Shown: one piece after another, positions 51,336 through 63,344 of the stretch
Position numbering within the stretch: position 1 is the first letter of the stretch
How the letters are laid out: every line of letters starts with the position of its first letter
NCBI GenBank assembly: GCA_043228905.1
Contig: JBHGNT010000007.1
Span: forward strand, 12,896,001-12,960,000
DNA length: 64,000 bases
Direction of reading: 5' to 3'
DNA from: Azolla caroliniana
Taxonomy: Eukaryota; Plantae; Polypodiophyta
Program-made: the position numbers and the translations under genes
Notes under the pieces: model-generated
What the model was told of the DNA's origin: nothing
Seen by the model: only the letters and a program-made list of their open reading frames with translations
Database searches by the model: none

Positions 51336-51658
51336 GATATCTCCTCTGGATGTGCTTTGTCCGGGAGTGGTTGGCCACGTTCTTCATAAGGTGAATGGTA
51401 CTTTGACTGTCATAGTAGAGCGGAAATTCCTCTTGTCGGATTCCTAACTCTTCGATGAAGTCCTTCATCTAGATTACTTCCTTGCCGGCTTCTATAGCCG
51501 CTATATACTCTGCTTTTGTTGTCGACAGTGCCACAGATTTCTGTAGCCTCGATTGCCATGACATTGCTTCTCCTGCATAGGTCATGATGTATCCGGACGT
51601 GGACCGGCTGGTATCTACATCAACCGACATGTCCGAATCTGTAAAGCCTTCCAATAGA

Positions 51659-53320
51659 GGTAGAAGCCATCTCGGCGATGAAGGAAGAGTGTAGGTCGGT
51701 CAAGGAGGTCTGATGCTCCTTGGGAGCGTGTGCCTTCTACTACATTTGGATTCCCCATTACGCGCATATCACCGAGCCACTCTACGGCTTGCTGAAGAAG
51801 GGTTGAAAATTTGAATGCAGGGAAGAGCCCTCGGAGGCGATCCGGGGACTAAAGGGGATGTTAATGGCGACACTGGCTCTCCGAAAAGCAATGTACAAGA
51901 AGGACGCCCCGATTTATAGGACGGTCAACATGAGTCCGACCGGAATCGGATGGGTGATCAACCAGGAGGACGAAGGTGCAACACGATTCACCATTCGGAT
52001 CGGAGAGAAGGTCCTAAGTGAATGGTAGTGAGGATACGGCCAGGTTAAACGCGAACTGTGAGGTGTCGTTTCGGTGATCAAGGCCGACAAAGATCACTTA
52101 ATCGGGATGGAGATGATTATTGAGGTGGACTACCTATTGATTCTCGATATGGTTTCTGGATGCGCGACTTCGGACCTGGCGATGCTTAGGTGTATCGCCT
52201 ATATCAAATACCAGAATCTAGAGATACAACACATTTCTGAAAAAGACAACGCCATGGCCGATATGTTGTCGAGAGCACGGTACGACGACAAGAACAGAAT
52301 TATGGTGTCTGAAGATAAAGAAGTCGACAAGGACGTCTTCGAGTCCGGCCCTGAACGAGTTTGACGAGGAGTGGCTTCGCATCAGAAGGTTCCTAAACAT
52401 GATGGCGCTAGACGCGTCGTAGGGGAAGGAGGAAGTGAGTCAGATCTGGAAGAAGGCATACAATTTCTTCCTGCAGAATGGGAAGATCTAGCAACATCTG
52501 AAGAAGCGGACTAGCACACCACTCTAGGTGGTGACGAGGGGGGAGAACCAAACGATGATCACATCGGAGTTCCATGAGAGTCCCTGGACCGAACATTGGG
52601 GAACGTGGGCCTCGTTCAAGAAACTTAAGGAGAAGTACTAGTGGCCAGGGATGTATCATGGCGTGCGTGCACCACTTCGTGACAACATGCGAGAGCTGTC
52701 AATTACATTCCGTGATTCAACACTACTACGAGCTGCACTCGACCTACCTGCCATCCATACACTTCAAGTGGATGGTCGATTTAGTGACGATGATGATGGG
52801 GGTAGGGGAAATGAGGTACCTGGTGCTTGCGAGGGAGGGCCTGAAGAACCAGGTGGAAGGATGAGCCTTCACGAACAAGACAACTGCAGCCGTATGTCGG
52901 TTCTTAATTGAGGACGTGATTTGCTGGTACGGATGCGTTGGGAAGATAGTAGCCTACCGAGGGGAGCTAGACCCGCAAGAAGCCGAAGAGTTGTTCGACT
53001 GACTAGGGGTCAAGCTTTCCCTCATGATGGCATACAATTTGGAGACGAACGGGAAGGTCAAAAGAGGGCACAATCTAATCGTGAAGGCCATCGTACGTGC
53101 ATTTGACAGACGTGTCGGGAACTGGCCATGACTATTGCCTTATGCGCTATGGGCAGACCAAACTATGCACAATTCGGTAACCGGGTTCATGCCGGCCGAA
53201 GCCATGTTTGGACAACAACCTTTTTGAGTCGGGACATTACCGACTTGTTCGTCTCCGACTAAAATCTAGGGGGCTGGATCATGTAGACATGTTCTTCAAG
53301 GTCGTCTTGAAGAAACGTGT
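51659..53320 (+). pseudogene. RT-end/RNase H/integrase, PPT and LTR start of the fungal-like Gypsy
   Basis: VEAISAMKEEC..GACAFYYIWIPHY, NAMADMLSRARY, FVTTCESCQLHS, YALWADQT; PPT-like AGGGGG near 53268 followed by TGTAG at 53282. Confidence 0.8.
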
Positions 53321-53580
53321 TGTTGAGGTCGGGGGGGTGAAGCCTAGAATGGCTTCACCCCCCTCCCAAGGGGGTTAAGTTAGTGCGAGACCTAGAGAGA
53401 AAAACAAATAGAAAATTACACAAATGTGAGAGGGGAAAAATGCCATCCCTTATGTGCCCCATAAGGGGATTTTATAGCACATAATGTAACGGTAAATAAT
53501 GACCATTACAAAAAAACAACCGTTACATTCTTGTCACATGCACATACAATTTATTTTGAGCACGAAACTACTCCCCAACA
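53321..53580 (-). mobile_element. Possible short solo LTR
   Basis: TGTTGAGG...CCCCAACA inverted termini; minus-strand TATAAAA near 53470; no TSD. Confidence 0.45.
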
Positions 53581-53609
53581 ATGATTCTTTTCCATCTAAG
53601 AAACATTCG

Positions 53610-53666
53610 GTGGTTGTAGTTTAGTGATTAGAATTCCACATTGTGGCCGTGGAAACCTAGGCTCAA
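53610..53666 (+). pseudogene. tRNA-His(GTG) pseudogene, 3'-truncated
   Basis: GTGGTTGTAGTTTAGTGATTAGAATTCCACATTGTGGCCGTGGAAACCTAGGCTC closely matches plant tRNA-His as recalled; anticodon GTG at 53643-53645. Confidence 0.8.
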
Positions 53667-53794
53667 CAAGAAATGAACTTGGCATTATACATTGATGTCC
53701 CAGGTACTTGATTCATATTACATTTAGAATATGTACATGAATTTGTGTGTGCCAATGCAAACAGCCATAATAATTAATTTCAACAAAAAAATCG

Positions 53795-53857
53795 AGTCAA
53801 TGGTTAGAATTCCACATTGCCACGGTGGAGACTTGGGCTTGAATCCCATTAAGCACA
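53795..53857 (+). pseudogene. Second, more decayed tRNA-His-derived copy
   Basis: TGGTTAGAATTCCACATTG..GTGGAGACTTGGGCTTGAATCCCA. Confidence 0.7.
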
Positions 53858-53999
53858 CCGAAATTCAGTCTATATTCACTTGTGAAAACTTTTGGATTTT
53901 GAATTAAGCAAGGTATGAAGTTGGCATATCATTGCTTTACATGTTCCACATAACACAATGATGTTGTGCAATCTTCGCTCAAATTTCATATAGAATGTG

Positions 54000-54418
54000 T
54001 GTTACCGGCCGGCAAGGAGTCCAAAATACGGAGTGAAGGAACTAATTAAGTATAGTTGTAATAAGCATAGTGTGGACGGACGGACTGGAAACGGTATGCC
54101 GTTCCAGATCCGGACGGATCCCGAATAGGTGCGAGAGGCACCGTTTTGTACTACGGGCCGGAAACCTATTTAAAGGCCCGGACCCCATTGTAATCACAGC
54201 GGATAATTAATAGAGCTTATGATGTTTATACTTCTGTCTTGATTTCCGTTCTGTAATCACTGTTATATCTTACGCGTGTAATTAACCAAAGCAATCTAAT
54301 CGTGTAACCTACGTAAGTCGGTGTAATCGTTGAATCTTAATCCTATGCCGTAATCACCCTTTGGTGAAGTGTCTCCGTGACACCTTGTGTTAGGCCTTGT
54401 CCGGCTAAGAGAATAACA
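54000..54418 (+). repeat. 5' LTR
   Basis: TGTTACC...AATAACA; TATTTAAA near 54167. Confidence 0.97.
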
Positions 54419-54424
54419 CAGTTT

Positions 54425-54434
54425 TGGCGACCAC
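54425..54434 (+). promoter_or_regulatory. PBS complementary to the tRNA-Arg(UCG) 3' end
   Basis: TGGCGACCAC, 6 nt after the LTR; isoacceptor from recalled plant tRNA sequence. Confidence 0.75.
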
Positions 54435-54469
54435 GATTCCTGCTTTCTCGCGGCGAACGACGGTAATGG

Positions 54470-57400
54470 ATGACTAGACCAACGCACGACTTGGTTACAG
54501 ACCGAGCTCGACGCCTCGCCGAACGGCAAAGACGGCGTGAGACTTTCCAGCAAGCAGCGCAGGAAATTCGCTCGGATCGTTCGTTCTCCAACGAGATCCG
54601 GAGAGTCGCGGAGGAATCTCTCCGGTTACAGCAAACTCGCGACCAGGACGACGGAAGCAGTCTAAGTAGTCTCCGGGAAACCGAACGCCTCCTGGAGGCA
54701 CTGGCAAGCGGAGAAAACGAGGCAGAAGCCTTTTCAGCCTACGAATCGGATTCCGGAGGGGGATACAGCGTGCACACGAACTACCGGAGCAGCAACGATA
54801 CCCCCGGCGGCCCGGAGGACGACGGGTCGGATACCGTGCCGACTCCAGAACCGGAACCGCTCAACCAGGGCTATCCGGAACCGCAAACGGAAGCCGTCAA
54901 CCCACCAACACTGGAAGTGGAAGAAGCAAAGCCACCAACACCAACGAAAGAGCCGGCAAAGGTACCGGAAGAAGAGCCGGTGAAGGAACCGGAACCGGAA
55001 AAAGCACCGGAAGTGGAACCGGAGAGAAAACCGGAAAGATATCAACGAACGCCACTAAACCGCGGCCTAATACTGGACGACGACATGTCGTTCCAATACT
55101 CAAAGTATCGCGATGATCCGGACGCGGAAGCGCATGTTGATGACTTCGAGCAGACATGGGAAGCAAATCACACGTCCCAGCGAATGACACCGGAGGAAGA
55201 AGAACGCTCGAAGATAGCGGAATTCGGAGTCACGTTGGAGGGACCAGCGACACGATGGCGGCGGTCGCAGGACCCGGCGACCATCACAACATTTGCAGAA
55301 TGAAAAGCAAAATTCTTGCATTTTTTCCACAAGGAGGTCGACCAGACGACAATGGTGGGCCTGTTTTATACGATCCGACAGGAGGCAGGGGAAAGCATTC
55401 CCCAATTCGTCATCCGTTTCCAACGAATGCATAGCCAGCTTGCCCGTGCACCCCCGGAGGAGGAATTACGGACGATATTTTTAAACGCACTCCGGGAACC
55501 GTTACGCACGTTGTGTACGGTAATCGACTTTCGAGGATGCACCATCGACCAGGTCATTGACCGGGTCAGAGAAATGGAAAAGACAAGCTCATGGCTTACG
55601 CTGGGAACACTGCAACGGGCGTTACCCACCGAGGAAGATCTCCGGTTCCGGCAGGCAATTCAATGCACAATCTGCTTGAATGCCGGACACTCGGCCGTAG
55701 AGTGCACCATGCGCACTCAGTGTGTGATTTGTCAATCCAAGAGTCATACAACGGACCGGTGCGAGTACAACCTGTTAAATCGACAAGCACCACCCGTCCG
55801 ACGGATGGAGCCAAGAAGCAGCCGAGACGAAGATGACGATCGTTGGCAAAGAGTGAACCGGTACCCACCGGCACAGGATGTCCGGTACGGAGACAGGCAA
55901 GAGAATGATGGCCGGTACGGGAATCGGCGTGATAACTACGACCGGTATGAGCGATCGGACCGTTATCGGGAGCCTAACAGACGACACGAGCAATACGACA
56001 GAGACCATTCCCCGGGTTACCGAAGGCACCAGGAGGACTACGGCCGATTTTATGATCTACCACGACCGGACTACCGAAATAAAAACAAGAATAATAAGAA
56101 ACGTAATTTCAAGAAAGGTGGTCACACTAGGGACCCAGAACATGGAGCCCCAAGGAGCCAACCGGCACAGAACGCACCACTCACTACGGGAACGACTCCG
56201 GCTACCAGCAATGCTGAATCCAGCAATACCCGTAAAGAGTACTGCTACTACTGCAGGCAGGAAGGCCACTACAGTAACCAGTGCCCGGTAAAGAGCTACG
56301 AGAAACGACCAGCAGTTAATATGGTGGTTCCGGAAGTGGCGGATTTACAGCAAGTAACCACACGGTCGAAAGGCATGGCCAAAGAGTGGGAAACACAAGA
56401 GGCTATACGAAAACAGGCGACGGAATGGGTGAAGGAAGGCAATGAAAGGAACGTCGCGGATACGGAACGGCAAAAGGCGAATACCATAGGAAGTCCCGGC
56501 AGTAGCCACCCAGAAAACGAGACATGGCAAGCACTGCAAGAATGTCAGATCACGTTACCATTAGGAAGACTCTTGCAGCTTGTGCCACGATTCACAGAAG
56601 GACTAAAAACGGTCATGACAGACGGTATAGCCCAACCGGCACCAGTCCTCTTCTCGAATACGGAGGAGGGACCGACGGTGGTGGACACTAGTAGTCCGGT
56701 GATCACAGCTATTGTCAAAGGGCACGAACTTCCCGGCACAGTAATCGATGGAGGTTCCGGAGTGAACGTAATAAGCCTCCGTACGTGTGATGCCTTGGGT
56801 ATACATGAATGGGAGCCATGCCCGTTCTGGCTACGGATGGCGGATACGAGCTCGGTACGGCCGACGGGCTTAATACGGAAATTGGAAGTCACCATAGGAG
56901 GTCACACATTTCACATCTCGGCTGTAGTGCTGCAGCTACAGGCGCAAGGCGCGTACCCTCTGTTGCTGGGCAGACCATGGTTGAAAACAGCACACATCAA
57001 GCAAAATTGGCGAAAAAATATGATTACCTTCCGACGCGGAAAAGCCAAGGTCCGGGTACCGACACAACCACGGACAAGCAATGGTAAGGAATGCACACCG
57101 CTGTATGCGGAATGTGTGAACATGCTTGAAGGATTGGCAGACGACGAAGAAGCCCAGTACTTGGAGGAACACCCGAAGATCGTACCACTCTTCGAGATTG
57201 ACGTAGCTGAAGCCGTAGCCCCATACTTGCCGCAGCGGGACGACACCGAAGCCGAACCAGACAAAGATGCGATTCGGGAATTAAGGCAAGCACAGGAAGC
57301 GTTGGAACGGGAAATGGCCGTTTCCCAACGGGTAAAAGCATCCCAGCTCGACGAAGTGAACCTAGGAAGCAAGGACAAATCAAAGCCGGTACACATCGCC

Positions 57401-60361
57401 AAAGAAATGAAGCCGGAAGATAAAGCGGCGATGATCAAACTTCTCACGGAGTTTGGCGACGTATTCGCCTGGTCATACGAAGACATGCGAGGGCTGGACC
57501 CTCAATTATATCAGCATCAGATCCACTTAGGCAAGGACGCGAAACCAGTGGCGCAAAGACGATACCGAATGAACCCCAACTACGCCGCCAAAGTGAAGGA
57601 GGAAATCGACAAACTCCTAAGAGTGGGCTTCATCCGGCCGGTAAAGAAAGCGACGTGGCTGAGCCCCATCGTCGTCGTCCCCAAGAAGAACGGTAAAATC
57701 CGTGTGTGTGTAGATTACAGGAAACTAAATGCCGCCACAATTACGGATGCATTCCCTCTTCCGTTCACGGACGGAGTACTGGATGCCGTCGCCGGCCATG
57801 AAGTTTATAGCTTTCTAGACGGGTTCAGTGGTTACAATCAAATCCGGATGCACCCGGACGACCAGGAGAAGACAGCGTTCGTCACCGAATGGGGGGTGTT
57901 TGTGGCCGAAGTCATGATGTTCGGCCTAAAAACGGCACCAGCAACTTTCCAGCGAATCATCATGGAGATCTTCGGCGAATACATTCCTGCCTTCATGCAA
58001 GGTTTCTTGGATGATTTTGCAGTCTATAGCCGGGGAAAAGACCATTTGCAGCACCTACGGTTATGCCTTGAAAAGTGTAGGTTATACCGGCTAAGCTTAA
58101 ACCCAGCGAAATGCATCTTTGGAGTTTCAAGTGGAATATTGCTGGGACACATTGTGAGTAAGGAGGGCATTGCGGTCGACCCGGACAAAGTAAACGCCAT
58201 ACTAGGGGCACCGGCACCGAAAACAGCCAAAGCACTAAGCCGATTCTTAGGACAGATCCGGTGGCACAGCCGGATGCTCCGTCACTTGGCTGATTTGGCT
58301 ACACCATTACACACCGCGGTACATCGGACACCGTTCCAATGGACGGATACGGAGGATAAGGCATACAATGCCCTGAAGGTACTTTTGTCGCAAGCACCCG
58401 TCGTGCAGCCTCCGGATTGGAGCAAGGAATTTCATGTGTTCGTGGACGCTTCCGACATCGCTATTGGCAGCGCCTTAATGCAACTTACGAAGCCCAAATG
58501 GTACCGGCCGGTATATTACGCCAGCCGGAAGCTGTCCCAAGCGGAGAAGAACTATTCAACGACAGAACGGGAGGCCCTGGGCATGATCTACAGTGTAACA
58601 AAGTTTCGTCATTACCTATTGGGAAGGAAGTTCTCCTTCCATGTGGATCACTCGGCGCTCCTGTACTTAGTATCCAAGGCGTCCTTGACCGGTAAGTTGG
58701 CCCGTTGGACCTTGCTGTTGCAGGAATTCGAATTCGAGATCTTCCACCGCCCCGGTATCCAGCATGCCGTAGCAGACTACCTGAGCCGGTTAGAGTCCGG
58801 AGAAGCAGGCGACGGAGTAGCGGATGAATTCCCGGACGCAGAGTTATTCCGTATCACCCCGGAAACGGCAGCAGACGACACGGTGGCATCAGAAGATAGG
58901 TGGCTGACGAACATGCACCAGTTCCTAAGCACGGGCTTGCCACCGGAGGAAATGAACCGGGACGAGAGGAAACGACTGGCGGTGCAGAGCCGCAATTTCT
59001 GTCTGTTACGGGACACTCTCTACCACAAAGGAGCAGATGGAATATGGAGACGGGCAGTCCGTAGTGACGAGAAAGAAGTAATCTTACGGGAAGCACACTG
59101 TGGGGTTGCCGGAGGACACTATGCCGGGGAAGCGACGGCAAGGAAAGTATGGCAGAGCGGCTTGTGGTGGCCCACGACGTTAAAAGACGCCGTCAAGTAT
59201 GCTAAGGAATGTGACCTATGCCAACGAATGGGCCAGCCTACGGAGAAAGCACGGATGCCACACCAACCGGTACTTCCACTAGAGCCATTCCAGAAGTGGG
59301 GGTTGGATTTTGTCGGACCGTTCAAGCCACCGGCAATGAGAACGGGTAATCGTTATGTCATCGTGGCAACGGATTATTGCACTAAATGGGTGGAAGCTAA
59401 GGCCCTGAGAGACAACACCGCGTCATCCACAGCAAAATTCCTGTACGAAAACATTTGGTGCCGATATGGATGTCCGATTGAATTAATCAGCGACCAAGGA
59501 GGCCACTTCCTCGGCCAGGTAGTGGAAAGCTTAACAACGTTCTATGCCGTGGTCCATAAACGAAGCATACCGTATTACCCACAGGCGAACGGGTTAGCAG
59601 AGTCCACCAACAAAACGCTGCAGAACATTCTCCGCAAAATTGTCAATGAAAACCGGACGGACTGGGACACAAAGCTCCATAGTGCGCTATGGGCGTACCG
59701 AACGGCATACAAAACAAGTATCCGGACAACGCCGTTCCGGCTAGCATTCGGCTTAGAAGCGGTCATGCCGGTCGAGTTTCAGGTACCAAGCTTACGGATC
59801 CAACTACGGGAACGGCTGAATGAAAAGAAGTCGGAGGAAATGCGGCTAGCAGCACTATGCGAACTGGAGGAGCAACGGCTGGCCAGCATCCTCCACATGG
59901 AACTGGAGCAACGACGACGGAAAGCGTTCGTTGACCATCACCGGAAAGGTAACGAAAAGATGTTCGAAATCGGAAAGCCAGTTCTAGTATTCCAAACGAG
60001 GATGGGCAAGATGCCGGGGAAACTCCGGTTCAGATGGACAGGCCCGTATTGGCGGACACGGGAATACAACGGGTCCTATCAGATAGGGACACTTGCCGGT
60101 GAAGTACTAGGCAAGTGGGTGAACGGATTTCGACTAAAGCCCTATAAAGGACCGATGCCAAAGAACCCGTTTATGCAGCTCACCGGCACTACACCGGGAA
60201 CCTGTCCGGGATCGGTACGGATCGGTCCGGAAGAAAAAGACGACGGGGAACCAGTAGCAGAGGCGAAGGAACACACGGCAACCCGTAAGGAAAACGGTAA
60301 GGGTCCGAAGGAAAATCGAGGTATGAACGGGTGTGAAAGCAAGGCGCGAAAAGGTACGTAG
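54470..60361 (+). CDS. gag-pol: Gag-Pol polyprotein in a single frame, interrupted by one TGA at 55301-55303
   Basis: ORFs 54470-55303 and 55316-60361 share a frame. Knuckles CTICLNAGHSAVEC, CVICQSKSHTTDRC and CYYCRQEGHYSNQC; PR VIDGGSGVNVI; RT FLDDF; RH VDASD..EREAL; INT HHCC, WGLDFVGP, SDQG, GLAE, WTGPY. Confidence 0.93.
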
Positions 60362-60632
60362 TGGGCATTTAAGAGCCGCCACGTACTTAATACTAAATCG
60401 GTACACGACGTGCGCATGCTCGAAAAAAGGCGCCAAGACGCACAGAGAAAAAGAAGAGCGCATGGAGACCTTCTTTTTTCGCGAGCCAAGAAGCACAGAA
60501 GCACCAAGGCAGTGGAAGCTGAGCAAACGCGAACCTGCACGCAGAGAACCCCCGCGCTCAGAACGCTCTCTCTCTCGCTCTCACTCTCATCACCACTCTA
60601 CTTCGCCATCTTCCCTCGACCTAGAAGCAGAC

Positions 60633-63332
60633 ATGGAACCACAAACGCTGTCGGAAGCGGCCAGGAAATGGTTCAGGCAACACGGACTGGAGGGGTTCTT
60701 GGCCATCATGGAGGCACCGCCGCACAGAGAAGCCGACCGGGTCATCAAGGAGCTCGCCACAGAGGCCATCACCGAGGAAGCGATCCGCGCGCTAACAGGC
60801 CTTCCGGAGGGAGGAATCTTTCAGATCGATAACCCAACCTCGGAGCAACTCATCCGATATTTCGGTGAGTACTCTGTTGCCGGCAAAGGCTATCGGACGC
60901 AGGGCGGCGAAGATCCGCTATTCAGGGAGATAGCTCGAGTGCTCCATGAGTACGGTCACGTGTACCCCCGACCCCCTGTCATGCCAAAAAATCGGGCAGG
61001 GATGATCATAGCCACCTATGAAGGGATCAAGGTGGACTGGCCGGTGTTGATTGCAGACGGTTTGTGCACGGCAATCGATATGGTACGAGGAAAGGACGGC
61101 AAGGAGGGCCGGAAGCTGTGGCACGCCGTAGCTCAGTGGATAACATTGCTCGTGCCGCCGGTCGAGACCGTCCAGCCAAAGAAGCGGCCAAGAGTATCGG
61201 AAGGAAGCACCTCGAAGCCGGCGTCCAAACGACAGCAGCTGCTGGCGTCAAAGGCGACGAAAGGGAAGAAACGGGTCCCAGAACCGGAGGAGGTGTCACC
61301 GGTCCCACCCGTCAAGATAACCATACGGAGACCGGGACAGAAGGAACCGGAACCCTTGACGGCACAGAAACATGCCGTGACACAGGAAGAGGAAACGGAG
61401 GAGCCAGAAGAGCACCTCCAACGACGGTCAAGAAGTAGGACCGCCGAGACAGGAGGGGAGCGGTCATACCCGCGAGAGGCAGAAACGCCCCCAACTCAAC
61501 CTGAGCAAACCACAAGGGAGGACCCGGAACCGGTGCGTAGGGAACCGGTCTTGGCGACTTCTATAGAAGAAGTCATTCCAACGGCTCCGGAGACGGCGAG
61601 AACCGGAACTCAACAGCCGGCGAGCCCAGCCAGCACACACGGCGGCCAAGGAGTAGAACCAGAACGGCATATGCAGGCACTTAGGCCAGACAATTCCACA
61701 GGGAATGAGCCGACCCGACCAGTACAGCAACAAGGCACCAGTAGCATGTGGCTACGGTGGGTAGGCGAGCAAATCGCCGGAGCGGTCGAGTATATAGAGG
61801 CGGAAGAGAGAGCGCACCAGGAACGGTTGCTCGTCACAACCGTAGATCTAGAGACGGCCCGGTCCAGAATCCGGAGCCTTGAACAAGACTTGGACAGGGT
61901 CACAAGGGAAATGGCTCAAGTGGCTTTGACAACACAAGTCCAAGCACCGGTGACTCCGGGCAATGTACAGAATAAAGCGGCAGATCAACCTGTACATAGC
62001 AATCAGACCCCGGCAACGGAAACCGTTCCGGAGAGAAATGCGGCACAAGCCCAAGAGCTTGCGGATTTAAAGGATGAGCTAGTTGCCCAAGAAGCGCTGA
62101 GGAGCCGCGAAAGAGAATTGAAGACGGCAGCGGAGGCAGAACTCAAAAAGACTGCTGAGAATCTACGCCGGGCCGAGGAGAGCTTACGGAAAGGCCACCA
62201 AGCGTACGACCGGCTCAAGGAGGAGAAGGAGAAAATGCTGCAAGAGAAGGAGAGGCTCCGGAGGAACGCCGAAACAGAAGTAGAGCGCCTGAAAGAGGAA
62301 CTCCGGCAGGTAAAGGACCGGGAGGACCGGAACCATCGCCAGATCAACGGCAAGCTCAAACAAAAAACGGAGGAATTTGAGCAATTGCACCGGGAGTATA
62401 AACGGTTGCAAACGGAGCACAAGGAACGGACGGATGAGCTCCGGCAAGCAGTTGATCGGACCGCAACCGCATTTGCCAAGGAACAAGCGGAAAACAGAAG
62501 ACGGTTGGAAGAGGCGGAGAAGGTTCGGACAGAGCTCCTCAGGCAACAGCAGGCGGAAAAAGAAAGAGCGGCGGAGGTACTGCAGAGGCTGCAAACGACA
62601 TACCAAGGGCAGCTGACGCGCTACAGGGAGCAGGCGGAGGATACGGCAAATCTCATCAAGCAGTTGAAGGAGGAGCGACAAGTGGTGGAAAGCAGAGCAC
62701 AAATGGGAGCAAGTCGCATCCAGGATATAATGCGGGCCTGGTTGAACCAGACCAAGAGCTTGATTGACAACGGTTCCGTCAAATGGTGGACCAAGTGGGC
62801 CACGAACGCGGCGGAACTCCAATTGCTCCGGGCTGACGTAGAGAACCGGCGGAAGGAGGGAGATGATTGCTATATGCTGAATTCTGAAGACTTCACCGGC
62901 ATAAGAGATGAGCTGGCCGAAGACTTTCAAGCCTTGGCGGAGGACCAACTAGAGCAAGTCCGGCAACTTGTAGCTCAGCTGGACGACGACAGGCTGGAGG
63001 CGCAGATCCAGTTTGAAAGTTACGAGAGGTCCCGGATCCGGGGAGAGAAAGAACGAGAACCGGTTACGGTCAACCTCAGTGATGAGGAACCGCTACTGGA
63101 AGGAGACCGGACCGGAAGCAGTCAAACGGAGATGCCGGAGTCAGAGAGACAAACGGAGCAGCCGGAGTCAGTGAAACAAACGGAGCAGCAGCAGCAAGCA
63201 GAACAGCCGGAGCAGCCTCAATCCCAACCGCAACCACAGCAGCAGCAGCAAGCACAGCCGCAACAACCACAACAAGAAGAACAAGTGGAAATTCTTGAAC
63301 AAAGTATTTTGGACAATTTGGGTGAACAATGA
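60633..63332 (+). CDS. Extra ORF, ~899 aa: N-terminal globular domain, Pro/Glu-rich linker, long coiled coil, Gln-rich tail
   Basis: Frame open from 60333; ATG at 60633 chosen because the sibling homolog starts at the equivalent position (MPVPISAGLHKW vs MEPQTLSEAARKW). Confidence 0.88.
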   Translation: MEPQTLSEAARKWFRQHGLEGFLAIMEAPPHREADRVIKELATEAITEEAIRALTGLPEGGIFQIDNPTSEQLIRYFGEYSVAGKGYRTQGGEDPLFREIARVLHEYGHVYPRPPVMPKNRAGMIIATYEGIKVDWPVLIADGLCTAIDMVRGKDGKEGRKLWHAVAQWITLLVPPVETVQPKKRPRVSEGSTSKPASKRQQLLASKATKGKKRVPEPEEVSPVPPVKITIRRPGQKEPEPLTAQKHAVTQEEETEEPEEHLQRRSRSRTAETGGERSYPREAETPPTQPEQTTREDPEPVRREPVLATSIEEVIPTAPETARTGTQQPASPASTHGGQGVEPERHMQALRPDNSTGNEPTRPVQQQGTSSMWLRWVGEQIAGAVEYIEAEERAHQERLLVTTVDLETARSRIRSLEQDLDRVTREMAQVALTTQVQAPVTPGNVQNKAADQPVHSNQTPATETVPERNAAQAQELADLKDELVAQEALRSRERELKTAAEAELKKTAENLRRAEESLRKGHQAYDRLKEEKEKMLQEKERLRRNAETEVERLKEELRQVKDREDRNHRQINGKLKQKTEEFEQLHREYKRLQTEHKERTDELRQAVDRTATAFAKEQAENRRRLEEAEKVRTELLRQQQAEKERAAEVLQRLQTTYQGQLTRYREQAEDTANLIKQLKEERQVVESRAQMGASRIQDIMRAWLNQTKSLIDNGSVKWWTKWATNAAELQLLRADVENRRKEGDDCYMLNSEDFTGIRDELAEDFQALAEDQLEQVRQLVAQLDDDRLEAQIQFESYERSRIRGEKEREPVTVNLSDEEPLLEGDRTGSSQTEMPESERQTEQPESVKQTEQQQQAEQPEQPQSQPQPQQQQQAQPQQPQQEEQVEILEQSILDNLGEQ

Positions 63333-63344
63333 AGGGGCCGAGAA

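Larger units (their letters stand above)
50076..51660 (-). mobile_element. 3' end of Tork-like Copia D (RNase H, PPT, 3' LTR 50076-50593)
   Basis: EGFTDSDMS, SWQSRLQKSVALSTT, HSRTKHIQRRY, KIHTEENGSDMLTK; minus-strand PPT GAAGGGGGAG near 50597-50606. Confidence 0.85.

Noticed and set aside
53610-53857. Functional tRNA-His genes
   Set aside because: Copy 1 lacks the 3' acceptor strand and has a damaged T-arm; copy 2 lacks the 5' end and has an altered anticodon loop.
55290-55320. Programmed gag/pol frameshift
   Set aside because: Both ORFs are in the same frame; the break is an in-frame stop.
60333-63332. Retroviral-type env gene
   Set aside because: No signal peptide or transmembrane segment is visible; the protein is hydrophilic and coiled-coil.
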